Assembly (NCBI GenBank): GCA_038087875.1
Contig: CM075988.1
Coordinates: 20,648,001 to 20,712,000 of the forward strand
Source of the DNA: Malacoraja senta
Lineage: Eukaryota
Direction of reading: 5' to 3'
DNA: 64,000 bases
Positions 52,360 to 64,000 of the stretch are shown here, in pieces. The position numbers and the translations under genes are program-made. Positions within the stretch are counted from its first letter, which is position 1. The number at the start of each line of letters is the position of its first letter. Below the pieces are notes generated by a model. That model was not told the DNA's origin and searched no databases. It saw only the letters and a list, made by a program, of their open reading frames with translations.

Positions 52360-53309
52360 TCATCCTGGCCACATTCTCCTCGCTTTTCCTATTGTGGAGA
52401 AGATACATGCTTTGCCATGCCTGGGGAACTGTGAGCTCCAGGTTCAAGAACAGTTTCTTTCCATCAACCATCGTACTCTTGAACCAATCTGAACTACCCT
52501 AATCACAACACGACCTCAGCTAGTCTCTGCATTACCAGGGACATTCTTCTTTTTTAATTTTTGCACTTCCTTGGCCAAGTTTACTTCGAATAACTGAGAA
52601 CTGGGAACTGCATATTTATTTGTTGTGTTGTTGTGCCTAATGTGCCATAAAGCCGCAGCAAGTAAGAATTTCATTGCTCTGCTTCATATCCAGTGCACAA
52701 GATAAATAAACATGCTCAAATTCCTTGAATGTTGAGGAATCCGGTCATACTTGAGCCCACAACATGTGAATGCAGAAACCGCTCAACGTAGCTGATACCG
52801 AAAGTCTTTGTGGAAGAAGGTGTGGCCAAACGTGTACAATTAAATTATTTAAGTTATTAAATTATTTAAATTTGTATGTAAAATTATGAGGTTATAGATA
52901 GGCTAGACTGTCAGAACCTTTTCTCCACAAATGAAAAATTAAAGATTGGAAGGCATAGTTTTAAGGTGAGAGAGGCAAAGTTTAAAGGAGATGTCCAAGG
53001 TAGGATGTTTTACACAGAGGGTGGTGAATGCCAGGAACGCACTGCCAGGGGTAGTTGTTCAAGCAGATATGTTAGTGGCATTGAAAAGACTTTTGGATAG
53101 GCATATGGATTTCAGATCGTGGATATGGGTTATGTGCAGAGATAAGTGATGGTTGGCATAATATTCGGCACAGACATTGTGGGCTGAAGGGCCTGTTCTT
53201 GTGCTGTGTTGTTCTCTGTTCTTCGTTCTATGTTCTAATCATCTGCAATTAACCAATGTGTGACGCTAATTTGGTCGCAACAAGGGGCATCTGATCACAT
53301 GCAGCTGCG

Positions 53310-54415
53310 CCTTGTGACAAGAGTCAAGGTTGTTTCATTGTCTTATGTACCAGCAATGGAACATTGACATTCATACTTGCTGTAGTATAACCTTGAAGAG
53401 ACTTTACAGTGAAGTTGCAAAATGGAGGCACAAGCGACTGCAGATGCTGGAATCCCTGCATTCCCAATGCAGGATTTGGGACGACAGATGGCACAATGGG
53501 CTAAGTGTTCGGCTGGCAACCGGAAGGTAGCCGGTTCGAATCCCGCTTGGAGTGCATACTGTCGTTGTGTCCTTGGGCAAGACACTTCACCCACCTTTGC
53601 CTGCGTGTGAATGTGTGTGAATGTGCGTGAATGTGTGTGAGTGATTGGTGGTGGTCGGAGGGGCCGTAGGCGCAGATTAGCAGCCACGCTTCCGTCAGTC
53701 TGCCCCAGGGCAGCTGTGGCTACAGAAGTAGCTCACCACCACCGAGTGTGACTGAGGAGTGAATGAATAATGCGATGTAAAGCGCCTTGGGTATTAGAAA
53801 GGCGCTATATAAATCCAATCCATTATTATTATTATCATTATTATTAGAAGTCTGCCGGGCAATATTTAGAGACCAATAAACCTACAACCTGCATGCCTTT
53901 GTGATGTGAGCAACCTGGAGTTAAACCCACACGGTCATAGGGAGAGTGTGCAAACTCCACAAAGACAGCACTGGAGGTTAGGATCGAACACGGGTCTCTG
54001 GCACGATGATGCAGCAACCCTACCAATAGGATTGTCGTTGTACCCGCACCTCAATGCTTTAATGGTTCTTTGCACAGCAGAGTGAAATTCTTCTGCTCAA
54101 CCTACAAATGCACAGCCACCATATTTTGCTGCCATTTACAAAGAAAAGTCCATGTCCGGTCCAAGTACAGGAGCGCCTCCCATCCAGGAAAGCCCCACGC
54201 TGCTGCAGGCCTGCCACCCAATATCCCCTTCCAGGTCCGACCAACTCTGTGTCCCAGGGGAAATACCTCCTGCAGCCGACCTTGAAGTCGCTTGTGCCTC
54301 CATTTTGCAACTTCACTGTAAAGTCTCTTCAAGGTTATACTACAGCAAGTATGAATGTCAATGTTCCATTGCTGGTACATAAGACAATGAAACAACCTTG
54401 ACTCTTGTCACAAGG
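53310..54415. repeat. Perfect 130 bp inverted duplication (53310-53439 / 54286-54415)
   Basis: Base-by-base reverse-complement identity from CCTTGTGACAAGAG to GGCACAAGCGACT. Confidence 0.95.
53478..53846 (+). mobile_element. Young tRNA-derived CORE-type SINE with L2-type tail
   Basis: A-box TGGCACAATGGG 53489-500; B-box GGTTCGAATCCC 53533-44; CORE-like GTGTCCTTGGGCAAGACACTTCACC; tail TGTAAAGCGCCTTGGG..AAAGGCGCTATATAAAT plus (ATT)n; many CpGs retained. Confidence 0.85.
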
Positions 54416-56460
54416 TGCCTCTCCTACTGGCCCACTCCTCGCTTTCGTCATCGCCAGCTCGCTCCCTATTGCTCAGCCCTCTGGTCTTTGGAGATTCCGA
54501 GCCTCCCCCTGTACGCAGCGGCCCACCAGACCCTTCTTCGCAGTGGCAAACCAGACTTGCTGCCACACATGGCCGCGGGGATCCTAACCTAACCGTACAT
54601 AGAAACATAGAAAACATAGAAAATAGGTGCAGGAGTATGCCATTCGGCCCTTCGAGCCTGCACAGCCACTCAATATGATCAAGGCTGATCATTCAAAATC
54701 AGTACCCCGTTCCTGCATTTTCCCCATATCCCTTGATTCCGTTAGCCCTAAGAGCTATATCTAACTCTTTCTTGAAAACGTCCAGTGAATTGGCCTCTAC
54801 TGCTTCCTGTGGCAGAGAATTTCACAGGTTCACAACTCCCTGGGTGAAAAAGTTTTTCCTCATCGCGGTCCTAAATTGCCGACCCCTTATTCTTAAACTA
54901 TGACCCCTGGTTCTGGACTCCCCCAAGTCCACAATAAAGTCAACTTGACACGACTTGCTTTGGCTAAACTTTTCAAATCTTAGTCCAATGAGTGAGAAAT
55001 AGAATGGTTGATGTCGGCGGGCGTGTTAGAATTGTCTTTGAACTCTTACCGATACGTTTGGAGCTTATGTGCGGTTGATTAAATATCTAATCCAACCTGA
55101 AATTATTGGTATTTTCTCCTTCCTACGCCACATCTTCATTCGCGGAGCAATGCTTTATTGTCCTGAAAATCGTCATCGAAACCCTTCATGTGGCCTCGCA
55201 TTGTGGGTGGAAACTCCATCAACCCTAGTGATAATCAATCACCTCCCACATCACACCTACTGCTCTTTCATGCAAGTCTAAATAGCAATCACTACCCACT
55301 CATTATCTCCCAGAGCAACTTCAGACGTAGGAGTAAGGGCAACTTAAAGCATTGTGAACCTGGCTAGAAATATTTAGACTTGCTGCAAAATAATAACGAA
55401 AAGCCAGATGGAGACACAAGAAACAGCAGATGCCAGAATCTTAAGCGAATAATAGGGATATGAGAGGTAACTTTTTCACACAAAGGGTGGTGGGTGTAAG
55501 GAACAAGCTGTCAGAGGAGGTAGTTGAGGCTGGGAGTGGGACTGTCCCAATGTTTAACAAACAGTTAGACAGGTACATGGATAGGAGAAGTTTGGAGGAA
55601 TATGGACCAAACGCAGGCAGGTGGACTATTGTAGCTGGGACATGTTGGCTGGTGTGGGCAAGTTGGGCCGAAGGACCTGCTTCCACGCTGTATCACTCTA
55701 TGACTCTCTATAACCCTATGAAACAGAAAGTGTTGGAGGAACTCATCAGGAAAAGCGGAATCTGTGGAGGGAATGGGCGGACAACGTTTCAGGTCGGGAC
55801 CCTTCAGGCCGATGGTATGGGGGGGAGAAAGCTGGAAATGAGATGTGGGGGCAGGACAAAGTCTGGCAAGTGATAGGCAGATACATGGGGAAAGGGGTTT
55901 AAATGGCAGAAGGGTGGAGTAAATGACAAAGGCTCGATGTGACAAGGAGGCAGAAGTGTGTCACATAAGGAGAGAAGAGCAGGAGTGAAATGTGAAGCTG
56001 GAGGGAGGGATATTGGTGGAAGGAGACAGGAGGAGGGCGAAAAAAGGGATAAAAGGTCAAATTGAACTCAAGGATGGGAGAGTTACATAGAGGGGAGAGA
56101 TATATAAAGGGGGGGAGGGTGAAACGTTGTCTATCAATGCCCTTCACAGATACGGCCTGACCCTGCTGAATTCCTCCAGCACTTTGTGCTTTGCTCAGGA
56201 TTCTAGATTCTGCAGTTTATTGTGTCCCCATTTAAAATAGATATAAGCTTGACTTGAAATATTTTGAATATTAAAATAAAAATGATGAAGAGTAAGATGT
56301 CTTGTCATCAGGAGTTAAGGCCAAAGTGGACTGGCGAGGTTACTGCACGAAAAATTGATCTGGAGAGTGAGGGATTGAATCCTGCTACAGTAATTAGGGA
56401 AGTAATCACCTGAAGTTGAAACGACCCAAAGAAACCAAAGAAACATGTGGTTTATCCAGT

Positions 56461-56488
56461 CTGAAGAAGGGTCTCGACCCGAAACGTT
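56461..56488 (+). ncRNA. Minimal type I hammerhead ribozyme core in a PLE terminal repeat (best-preserved copy)
   Basis: CTGAAGA-A-GGGTC(TC)GACCC-GAA-ACGT-T: CUGANGA box, stem II, GAAA, palindromic ACGU stem III, NUH site. Confidence 0.75.
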
Positions 56489-57724
56489 GCCTATTTCCTT
56501 CGCTCCATAGATGCTGCCTCACCCGCTGATTTTCTCCAGCATTTTTGTCTACCTGCGGTTTATCCAGTTCACTTATGCCCTTCTGGGAATATTGCCCTTT
56601 ATAAGACTCAGGACTTAACTCTGTTGTTGATTCCCAATAGCTCCTGACCTCAGTGGCAACTAGAGGTGGCCAATAACCACTGGAGCCTCCACATGGTGAC
56701 AACAACCACTATTGAATTATGAAAATTCTAGCTACTTGTCCGGTATAAAATAGGAGATATTTGGAACATAGATTGTTTCCTTTTATCCGCTCTTTGTTGG
56801 GTTGGGAAGAGCAGATTTGATTCTCTGGAGAGACAGGGGCGTTTGTTAGTCTTGTTCCAGTGCTTACCTTCCCTCTCACGTATAAGGGCTGAGTAGCCTC
56901 ATAGAGTCAAAGTGAGAGAACTTGCTGGGAAATGCGAGTAAAATTATGGGTGGCATGGATAGGGTAGACAGTCAGAACCTTTTTCCCAGGGTGGAAATGT
57001 CAAAGACTAGAGTGCCTGGTTTTAGTTTATATAGTTTTACAGATACAGTGTGGAAACAGACTCTTTGGCCCACCGAGTCCACATTGACCAGCAATCACCC
57101 GTACACTAGTTCTATCCTACACACTAGAGACAATTTACAGAAGCCCATTAACCTATAAACCTGCACTTCTTTGGAATGTGGGAGGAAACCGGAGCACCCG
57201 GAGAAAACCAACATGGTCACAAGGAGAAGGTACAAACTCCACACAGACAGCACCCGTAGTCTGGATCGGTCTCTGCCACTGTAAGTCAGCAACTCTACCG
57301 CTGCGCCACCACGTCACCATAGCTTTAAGGTGAGAGGAGCAAAGTTTGAAGGAGAAAGGGAATTGCAGATGATGGTTTATTAAAAAAAGACACAAAGTGC
57401 TGGAGTAACTCAGCATATCAGCATATGGAGAAAATCCACAGATGCTGCCTGACCTGCTCAGTTACCCCAGCGCTTTGTGGCCTTTTTTTCAAAGGTTAAA
57501 GGAGATGCGCAGGGCAGGTTTTTTTAGGTGCCTGGAATGTGCGGCCAGGGCTGGTGGTGGAGGCTGATACAACAATGGTGGTTTAGAATCTTTTGGATAG
57601 GCACACGGATGTGCAGGGAATGGAGGGATGTTGATCACAAGCAGGCAGATGAGATTAGTTTATCTTGGCATCATTTTCGGCACAAAACTGTGGGCCAAAG
57701 GGCCTGTTCCTGTGCTGTACTTCG

Positions 57725-58096
57725 TCCAAACCTATACTCCCACTCATGGGCTAACAAATTACAGACATCCCCAGTAACAGGCCAGCAATTAGCAGCTGCT
57801 CATATGCCTCCATGTTGTGGTCTATGAATCAATGGTGCATCAGCTGTGGGTTCGTGGGTACAACGGCTCACTCTGTATCAGCCGGTTCTAGGTTCGAATC
57901 GCACTCTGAAAACACAAGCCCAAAAATGCAGCTGATACTTGGTGCCAGTGTGGAGGGAGTGCAGAATTGCAAGAAAGAATAAAACTAGAAATTCTACACC
58001 GCATGGTAGGCTGCTCTGGAAGGTTAGTGCACATGGGATCCAAGGATAGATATCTGAATGGATAGAAAATTGGCTTTATGGAAGGAAGCAGTGGAA
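57725..58096 (-). repeat. Inverted copy of 28125-28515 (composite CR1 piece, SINE head, unique sequence)
   Basis: 57 bp exact block (28388-28444 / 57794-57850) and shared internal junctions. Confidence 0.93.
57840..57965 (+). mobile_element. Old SacSINE1/DeuSINE-like head (duplicate at ~28272-28399, - strand)
   Basis: TCAGCTGTGG..CTCACTCTG..TCAG..GGTTCGAATC.CACTC..GCTGA..CCAGTG..GAGGGAGTGC; family recognised from memory. Confidence 0.55.
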
Positions 58097-59639
58097 TGTG
58101 TAGGAAGGAACTGCAGATTTTGGTTTACACCGGAGATAGACCCAAAATGCTGGAGTAACTCAGAGGGTCAGGCAGCATCTCTGGAGAAAAGGATTAGGTG
58201 ACTTTCCGGGTCGAGACCCTTCTTCACCGAAATGTCACCTATTCCTTTTCTCCAGAGATGTTGCCTGACCTGCTGGGCTACTCCAGTATTTTGTGTCAAT
58301 TTCCCATGTTCTATATTGTGATCTGAAGTGTGGCTTTCCTCGGCGAAATTGCCACCAACTCGAGATTCTGGCTCAAATGGGGACATCTTGGACCTGCTGG
58401 TGGTTCTTCACTGGGGTTTTGTCAACAGCTCACTGGCACCAATGGAAGATGAACCTGCACAGGTTCTCAGCAGTTACAAGGTGGAATCTGCCTGCTGAAC
58501 CTGTGGAGTTTGAACCGGGTCTAGAGAGAGTGAATCCACCATTTCAATGAAGAGGTAAATACAAGATTCAAGATTCAAGAGAGTTTATTGTCATGTGTCC
58601 CAGATAGGACAATGAAAAGGGTAAACAAGGTTGCTGGAAATCTGAAGTAAAACCAGAAAATACTGGTTACACACGCCAAACACCAACATAAAACAAAAAC
58701 TTTCTTCCTAATAATTCAGCAGATTGGTTTAGACAACTGACTTGGACTGCTTAGTGGAATGGAATATGGGTCAAATTGTTAATATAGAATAAAATATATT
58801 TCATTAATAAAAATGTCATTATTCCAGTTGATGTTACTGTGGTTACTTAGGAGGCCAAATTGTTTTCAATATTCAAATCGATTGCCAAAATGTTTTTTTG
58901 TTTGGGATTCATCCTTAATCCAAACTGAGTTTTGTGTTCTTTCCATGGGAACCAGGGAGGTATTATTGAAAGGCTTGAGGTACATTTCCATGACTTGCTC
59001 CATATTTCTTTAGCAAAAGTAGGCACAGGATTGATTGGAAAATGAATTTATACAGATGTGAATGCAACGCTTTTGCCAAGGCTGGTTTACACTTGGGCTC
59101 GAACCAGTGGGTTGTGAGTCAATTTTTAAGTCCGTTTGAGATTGCACATAAGGAGAGGGTGTTATAATGTGAAACCAGTCAAAACATCATCAGATCTGTA
59201 ATGTGTTGTTGCACATTTTTTTGATTTGTGGAAGGAAACTGGAAGACCTTGTTAACCCCTTTTCACCCGAAACCAATGGAGAGGATTTGGAAGTTGAAAT
59301 TCACTAACACATTAGCTGTAAGAGTAGAGACAAAGAACTGCAGATGCTAGTTAATATGCAAGAGGGTACAAAGTGCTGGAATAACTCAACCGAGAGGGTT
59401 GTGAATAATTGAATATTTTGTGGTAAACTTTGTTCTGAAAAATACAGCATGAAAACAGGCCCATTGCCCCACCAAGTTCACGCCAACCATTGATCACCAG
59501 TTCACGCTGGTTCTGTGTTATCCCACTTTCGCATCCATTCCCTACACACTTAAGACAATTTACGGAGGCCAATTGACCTACAAACCTGCATGTCTTTGGG
59601 ACGTGGAAGAAAACAAGAGCACCCAGAGGAAACTCACGC

Positions 59640-59982
59640 CGGTAGGAGGTGGCCGACGCTGATGTCCAGGCCGCTGAGGTCCCCCAGCCCCGACGTCGGA
59701 CGTACATCACCCCGGCGAGCGGGCCTGAACATCGGGCCGCCCGTAGCGGCGACTGCGGTGGGCTCGGGGAGGCCCCGACCACGGGTGAACATTGGGGAAC
59801 ATTAGAGGAAGACGACTGACTTTGGTGCCTTCCCTCACAGTGGCTAACTTTGATTCTGCTGTGTGGGGATGTTTTATGTTGAACTCTATCGTTGTTGTGT
59901 TGTTTATTTTTATTGTATGGCTGTATGGTGACCACACAACTGGCACATGTGACAAATAAATGTATCTTGTATCTTGTATCTT
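59640..59982 (+). mobile_element. CpG-rich non-coding retroposon with Rex1-type 3' end and (TATCTTG)n tail, inserted in an HE1 SINE
   Basis: Host HE1 is split at ACTCACGCC|...|GTCACATGGAGA; end CACATGTGACAAATAAATG(TATCTTG)3. Confidence 0.7.
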
Positions 59983-62900
59983 GTCACATGGAGAAATGCG
60001 CAAAGATCTAGCTAACGACAACTGATTTCAGGAAGAAAACTTGGTCTTGGCTCTACCAGCTGCATTGAGTTATTTGGTATATCGAGGCTGGGATAAACCT
60101 TAAGGGGAAATGTGCAGGACATTGGAACTGAAGACCAGCCCAGAACCAGGCATCAATGGGCATGTGCTGATACTTGCTCCTTTTGCCTAAGTTCTTACAC
60201 GCAAGAGTGGGAATAAAGCAATAACCTCAACCCCAGGAAACCTCAACTGTTAATCCTCAAGGGAGGCTATAGAACGAGACGAGTTTTCTCAATTACCCAC
60301 TGAGGCAAGGAAAATATTCATCTTTTCCCCTTGTACTCTATCGTGCACAACTAAACGGACCAAGTTAGACCATCGCTGAAGGTAGAAACCAGGCCAGCGG
60401 TCACATCCCAAATTATGAGCGAGGAATAGAAGGATTTACTTGGAAAGGGGAAATTGAAATGAGAGTTATTTGTCAAATCGGACCATTGGCTTGGTGTTCA
60501 GTCTTAGGTAAGCAAACAGTTAGTGATACCAGGACTAGATGCGAGAGGGGAAATGGATTCAGGCATTGAATTTTTAACTGAGCTATTCCTGCTTCACCTG
60601 CAATGAATTACATGGTCCAATCATGGATTCTGGAGCGAAAAAGAGACAGCAATAAATGAGAAACATCTGCCTCTGAATGTGCATGACATCTGGATCTCCT
60701 GTGTTCAAATTGTGTAATTTTCAAAGGTGCTGGATGATTCGTTTGTACATTATGTTCCTTTAATATCTGCGGGGGTTATGCTTGCTGTATCTTCAATGGG
60801 TTTCAGACATTGGAAACAGAGATGTCCAAAGCAAAATTACTGCAGATGACACAATTCTGAAATAAAAACTGAAAATGCTGGAAATCCTCAACAGGCCAGG
60901 TAGCGTGTGTGAAGATTAAAGAGAAGATTAAAGAGGACCTTTTAGTAGATCATGCACCTGAAATGCTATCTCCATGGCTGCTGCCTGACCCACTGAAGAT
61001 CCCCTCTGTGTTTCTTCTTTTACCTCAGAAACTCAACAGAATTTCTGAAGAAGGGTTTCGACCTGAATCGTCACCTATTCCTTTTCTCCAGAGATGCTGT
61101 CTGACCCGCTGAGCTACTCCAGCTTTTTGTGTCTCTCTGCAGAATTTCACTGTTTGACTATTCACGTTTGATCATTTGTTGAGATAGGCATCAACACGAT
61201 GTGTTGTAAATGTTATATGACTATGGACCTCTGGCACAGTCACACCAGGCTAATTAATTCCACTGTGAAGTGGCAGGTCATCTTGTGACAGTAATTAACA
61301 TTCCTAATGGGTGAACATATCATCATCATGTGGGCTGAAGGTCCCATTCCTGTGTTTTATGTTCTATGTTCTAACTCAGTGGGTCAGGCAGCATCTGTGG
61401 AGGGAATGGACAAATAACATTTTGACCCTTCTGCGGACTAATTGTAGTAAGAAAGCCCATGCAGTCACGAGAGAACGTGTAAACTCCGTACAGAATCCTG
61501 ATATGTTGCAATATTTAATATTTCAGACCTCCTTATTTTTGTCGTCACTTGAGGTTAATTAAATAATCATTGCAGACCTCTGAGGTGTGAATGGATCATC
61601 CTGGATCAAATAGATTCTGTTTATTATCTATCAACATTCAAAAGCTATTGTCAATATTCAGGCCATGTGTATTGCTGGTGCATATTGTTGATTGAATTTC
61701 TTAATCGCAATGGAATAAATAAATCTTTTCATTTAGTTTAGTTTGGTTTAGAGATACAGCATGGAAGCAGGCCCTTCAGTCCACCACGTCGGCACTGATA
61801 ACCCCATTCATTCATTCCATCCTACACACAAGGGACAATTTAGAGAAGCCAATTAACCTACACACCTGCACGTCTTTGGAGTGTGGGAGAAAACCGGGGG
61901 AGGAAACCCGCATGGTCACAGGGAGAACGTGCAAACTCCGTACAGACAGCACCCACAGCCAGGAACAAACCCGGGTCTCTGGCGCTGTAAGGCAGAAACT
62001 CTACCGCTGTGTCACCGTCCCGCCCAGGTCTGTTTGCATGGGAAGTGCCCTTGGATGGGTGAACATCCCACCCTTGTCAATTGTCATCAGTCCTCCCACA
62101 ATGTGAATGTTCAACGCCAAGTGTGAGTTCTAACCTTAGTCCCAGTTGCATCTGTGACCAGTGACTGGATTAGATCCTGTTCGTTTCCTGTTGCATGCAA
62201 CTACTGATGTCGTGATGATATTTACCAGTCTGATTAATGGACCAATGCCATTTCCATGTTAACAATCCCACTCAGTGTGCTGTGGGGAAACAACACAAAA
62301 CCAGCATGATTGCTGGCCTTTCACAATCCAGTGACCTTTAAGGCCTGTCCCTCAAAGCAAGACTTGAGCTCTTTGCCACCGCAAGGACACTTACTGCCTG
62401 GGGACAATTGTCCACATTTGTTACATTCAAAAATGACCTTTCTGACTGCATCGCAGAATTCATCTGCCTTTCGATTGCCAGAGTACTAATTGTATTGCAC
62501 AGAAATTGGATGATTTTGACAGGCGGCCTGAAGGGGATGCAAGTACATCGTACACGAAGGGCTTCAGTCTTCTCATTAAATCCATTCCATATCCATTGTC
62601 GCAACCAGCCTCGCACTGTAGGAAACAGCAGAAGACTCAGGAACAGCTTCTTCACCTCTGTTATCAGACCTCTGAATGGTCCTTCCATAAACTAGGGTAC
62701 TGCCTGATTTAACGCTACCCAATTGTGGACATTGGACCTTGTCTGGAACTAATGCATTACAATGCTGAGAACTATATTCTGCCCCCCCTGTATCTCTTCC
62801 TTTATCTATTGTACTTGAGTTTGGTTTGATTGCTTCAATGGAACAGCAGTAGAGTTGCTACCTTACAGGGCTATAGTCCCGGGTTCGTTCGTGACTATGG

Positions 62901-63716
62901 GTTCTGTCTGTACGGAGTTTGTACATTCTCTCCATGGGTTATCTTTGGGAGCTCCTGTTTCCTCCCAAACTCCAAAGACGTTGTAGGCTAATTGCCTTGG
63001 TAAAATTGTAAATTATCCCTTATGTGTAGGATCGTGTTAGTATGCAGGGATCGCTGGTCGGCACGGACTCGGTGGGCAGAAGGGGCTGTTTCCGCACTGT
63101 ATAATTAAACTAAACTCTATTATTATCTGATGTATTTGGATAGAATGCAAAACAATTTTTTTCACTGTGCTGCACGTGACAATAATGAACATAAACCTAA
63201 ATCTTCTGGAGCCTGTGACTTTAAATCTGCTTGGATCATGGAGCTTTGTGATAATAACTAAGGCCAGCAGTTGGTGCAAGTTTGGTTATGGTGCAACTTG
63301 GACATCCTATCTGTTATTGTTCAGCCAGAGATGGTGCTGCCAAGAGGTTGGAATGTACAGTCATGCATGAATTCAAAGACAAACTAATCAGTTCAGACAC
63401 AGCCCACTTAGCTCATCAACTGGGTTGGGGACCAGAACCGTTACATTTTCGAGCAAGAATGTCCTGAACTGTTTCCAGCAACCCTCCCAAATGAATGTTC
63501 AGCAACTTTGCTGACATCCTGATTTGCAACGAACAGTTGACACCTCCCGATGGGATGGGCAGGATTCCATGAGGTGCCACGGTCCGCGGCTGTTCCAGGC
63601 ACCTAACACTGTAAAAAATCAGTGTGGAATCTGAGGACGATGTTCAGAGCCTGCAAAATGTTCTCCTTTTTTGGCAGAGAATGAATAAATAACGATGAGT
63701 GGGTGAGAGGGAGTCC

Positions 63717-63744
<28 letters not shown>
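63717..63744 (+). repeat. (GA)n microsatellite
   Basis: Direct reading. Confidence 0.9.
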
Positions 63745-63752
<8 letters not shown>

Positions 63753-64000
63753 CTGCAGATGGTGGAATCTTGAGCAAAACACAAAGTGCCGGAGTATTGT
63801 GTGCAGTTCTGGTCGTCCCAATATAGGAAAGATGCGGAGGTGATGGAGAGGGTGCGCGGGAGGTTTAGCATAATGCTGCCTGGATTAGCTACAGGGAGAG
63901 GCTGGATTGAACTGGATTGGTTTCTTTGGAATGTCGGAGGTTGAGGGGAGACTTGATAGGTACATAAAGTTATGAGAGGAATAGATAAGGCAGACAGTCA

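Noticed and set aside
54583..54594. CCTAACCTAACC telomere-like motif
   Set aside because: Only ~2 TTAGG units and not vertebrate TTAGGG; too short to interpret.
7220..61170. Other TYCHCGY heptamers (e.g. ~7227, 33206, 51660, 54436, 61161) as further HDV ribozymes
   Set aside because: No flanking 3 bp P3 or P1/P2 complementarity on manual check.
63440..63605. Possible minus-strand exon with two open frames and a 7 bp AGGTGCC/GGCACCT stem
   Set aside because: No recognisable protein, weak splice sites and no ribozyme pairing pattern.
1..64000. The many 60-200 aa ORFs in the supplied track as host genes
   Set aside because: Recognisable ones are CR1/PLE/Rex1 pieces or recurring translations of SINE and pLTR repeats (e.g. 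ECGRKPEH.., RDAA.PAELLQ). The rest have no recognisable motif.

Overview
Eukaryotic, repeat-dense non-coding DNA, most likely from a skate or ray (batoid elasmobranch). That assignment is inferred from the repeat families: HE1-type V-SINEs, HER1/CR1 LINEs, SacSINE1-like heads and Neptune-type Penelope-like elements (PLEs). I found no host protein-coding exon, rRNA, true tRNA gene or CRISPR array. All recognisable ORFs are retroelement fragments (CR1 RT, PLE RT/GIY-YIG, Rex1/Babar RT). The main result is two unrelated, very short non-autonomous retroposons (14381-14517 and 31535-31694). Each begins exactly at G1 of an HDV-like self-cleaving ribozyme fold that can be paired by hand, ends in an (AAG)n tail and is flanked by a perfect 10-11 bp target-site duplication (TSD). 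One ribozyme is a minimal 54-nt form without a real P4; the other has a long P4. The ~30 PLE terminal-repeat (pLTR) copies carry a second ribozyme class, minimal hammerheads. PLEs are also tied to local rearrangements: a likely ~390 bp 3' transduction (28 kb to 58 kb), a TSD-flanked CR1-PLE chimera and a ~68 bp flanking duplication. There is also a perfect 130 bp inverted templated duplication and a few young elements that look foreign (teleost-like Rex1 and CORE-SINE). Family names come from my recognition, not database searches, and coordinates of old fragments are approximate.
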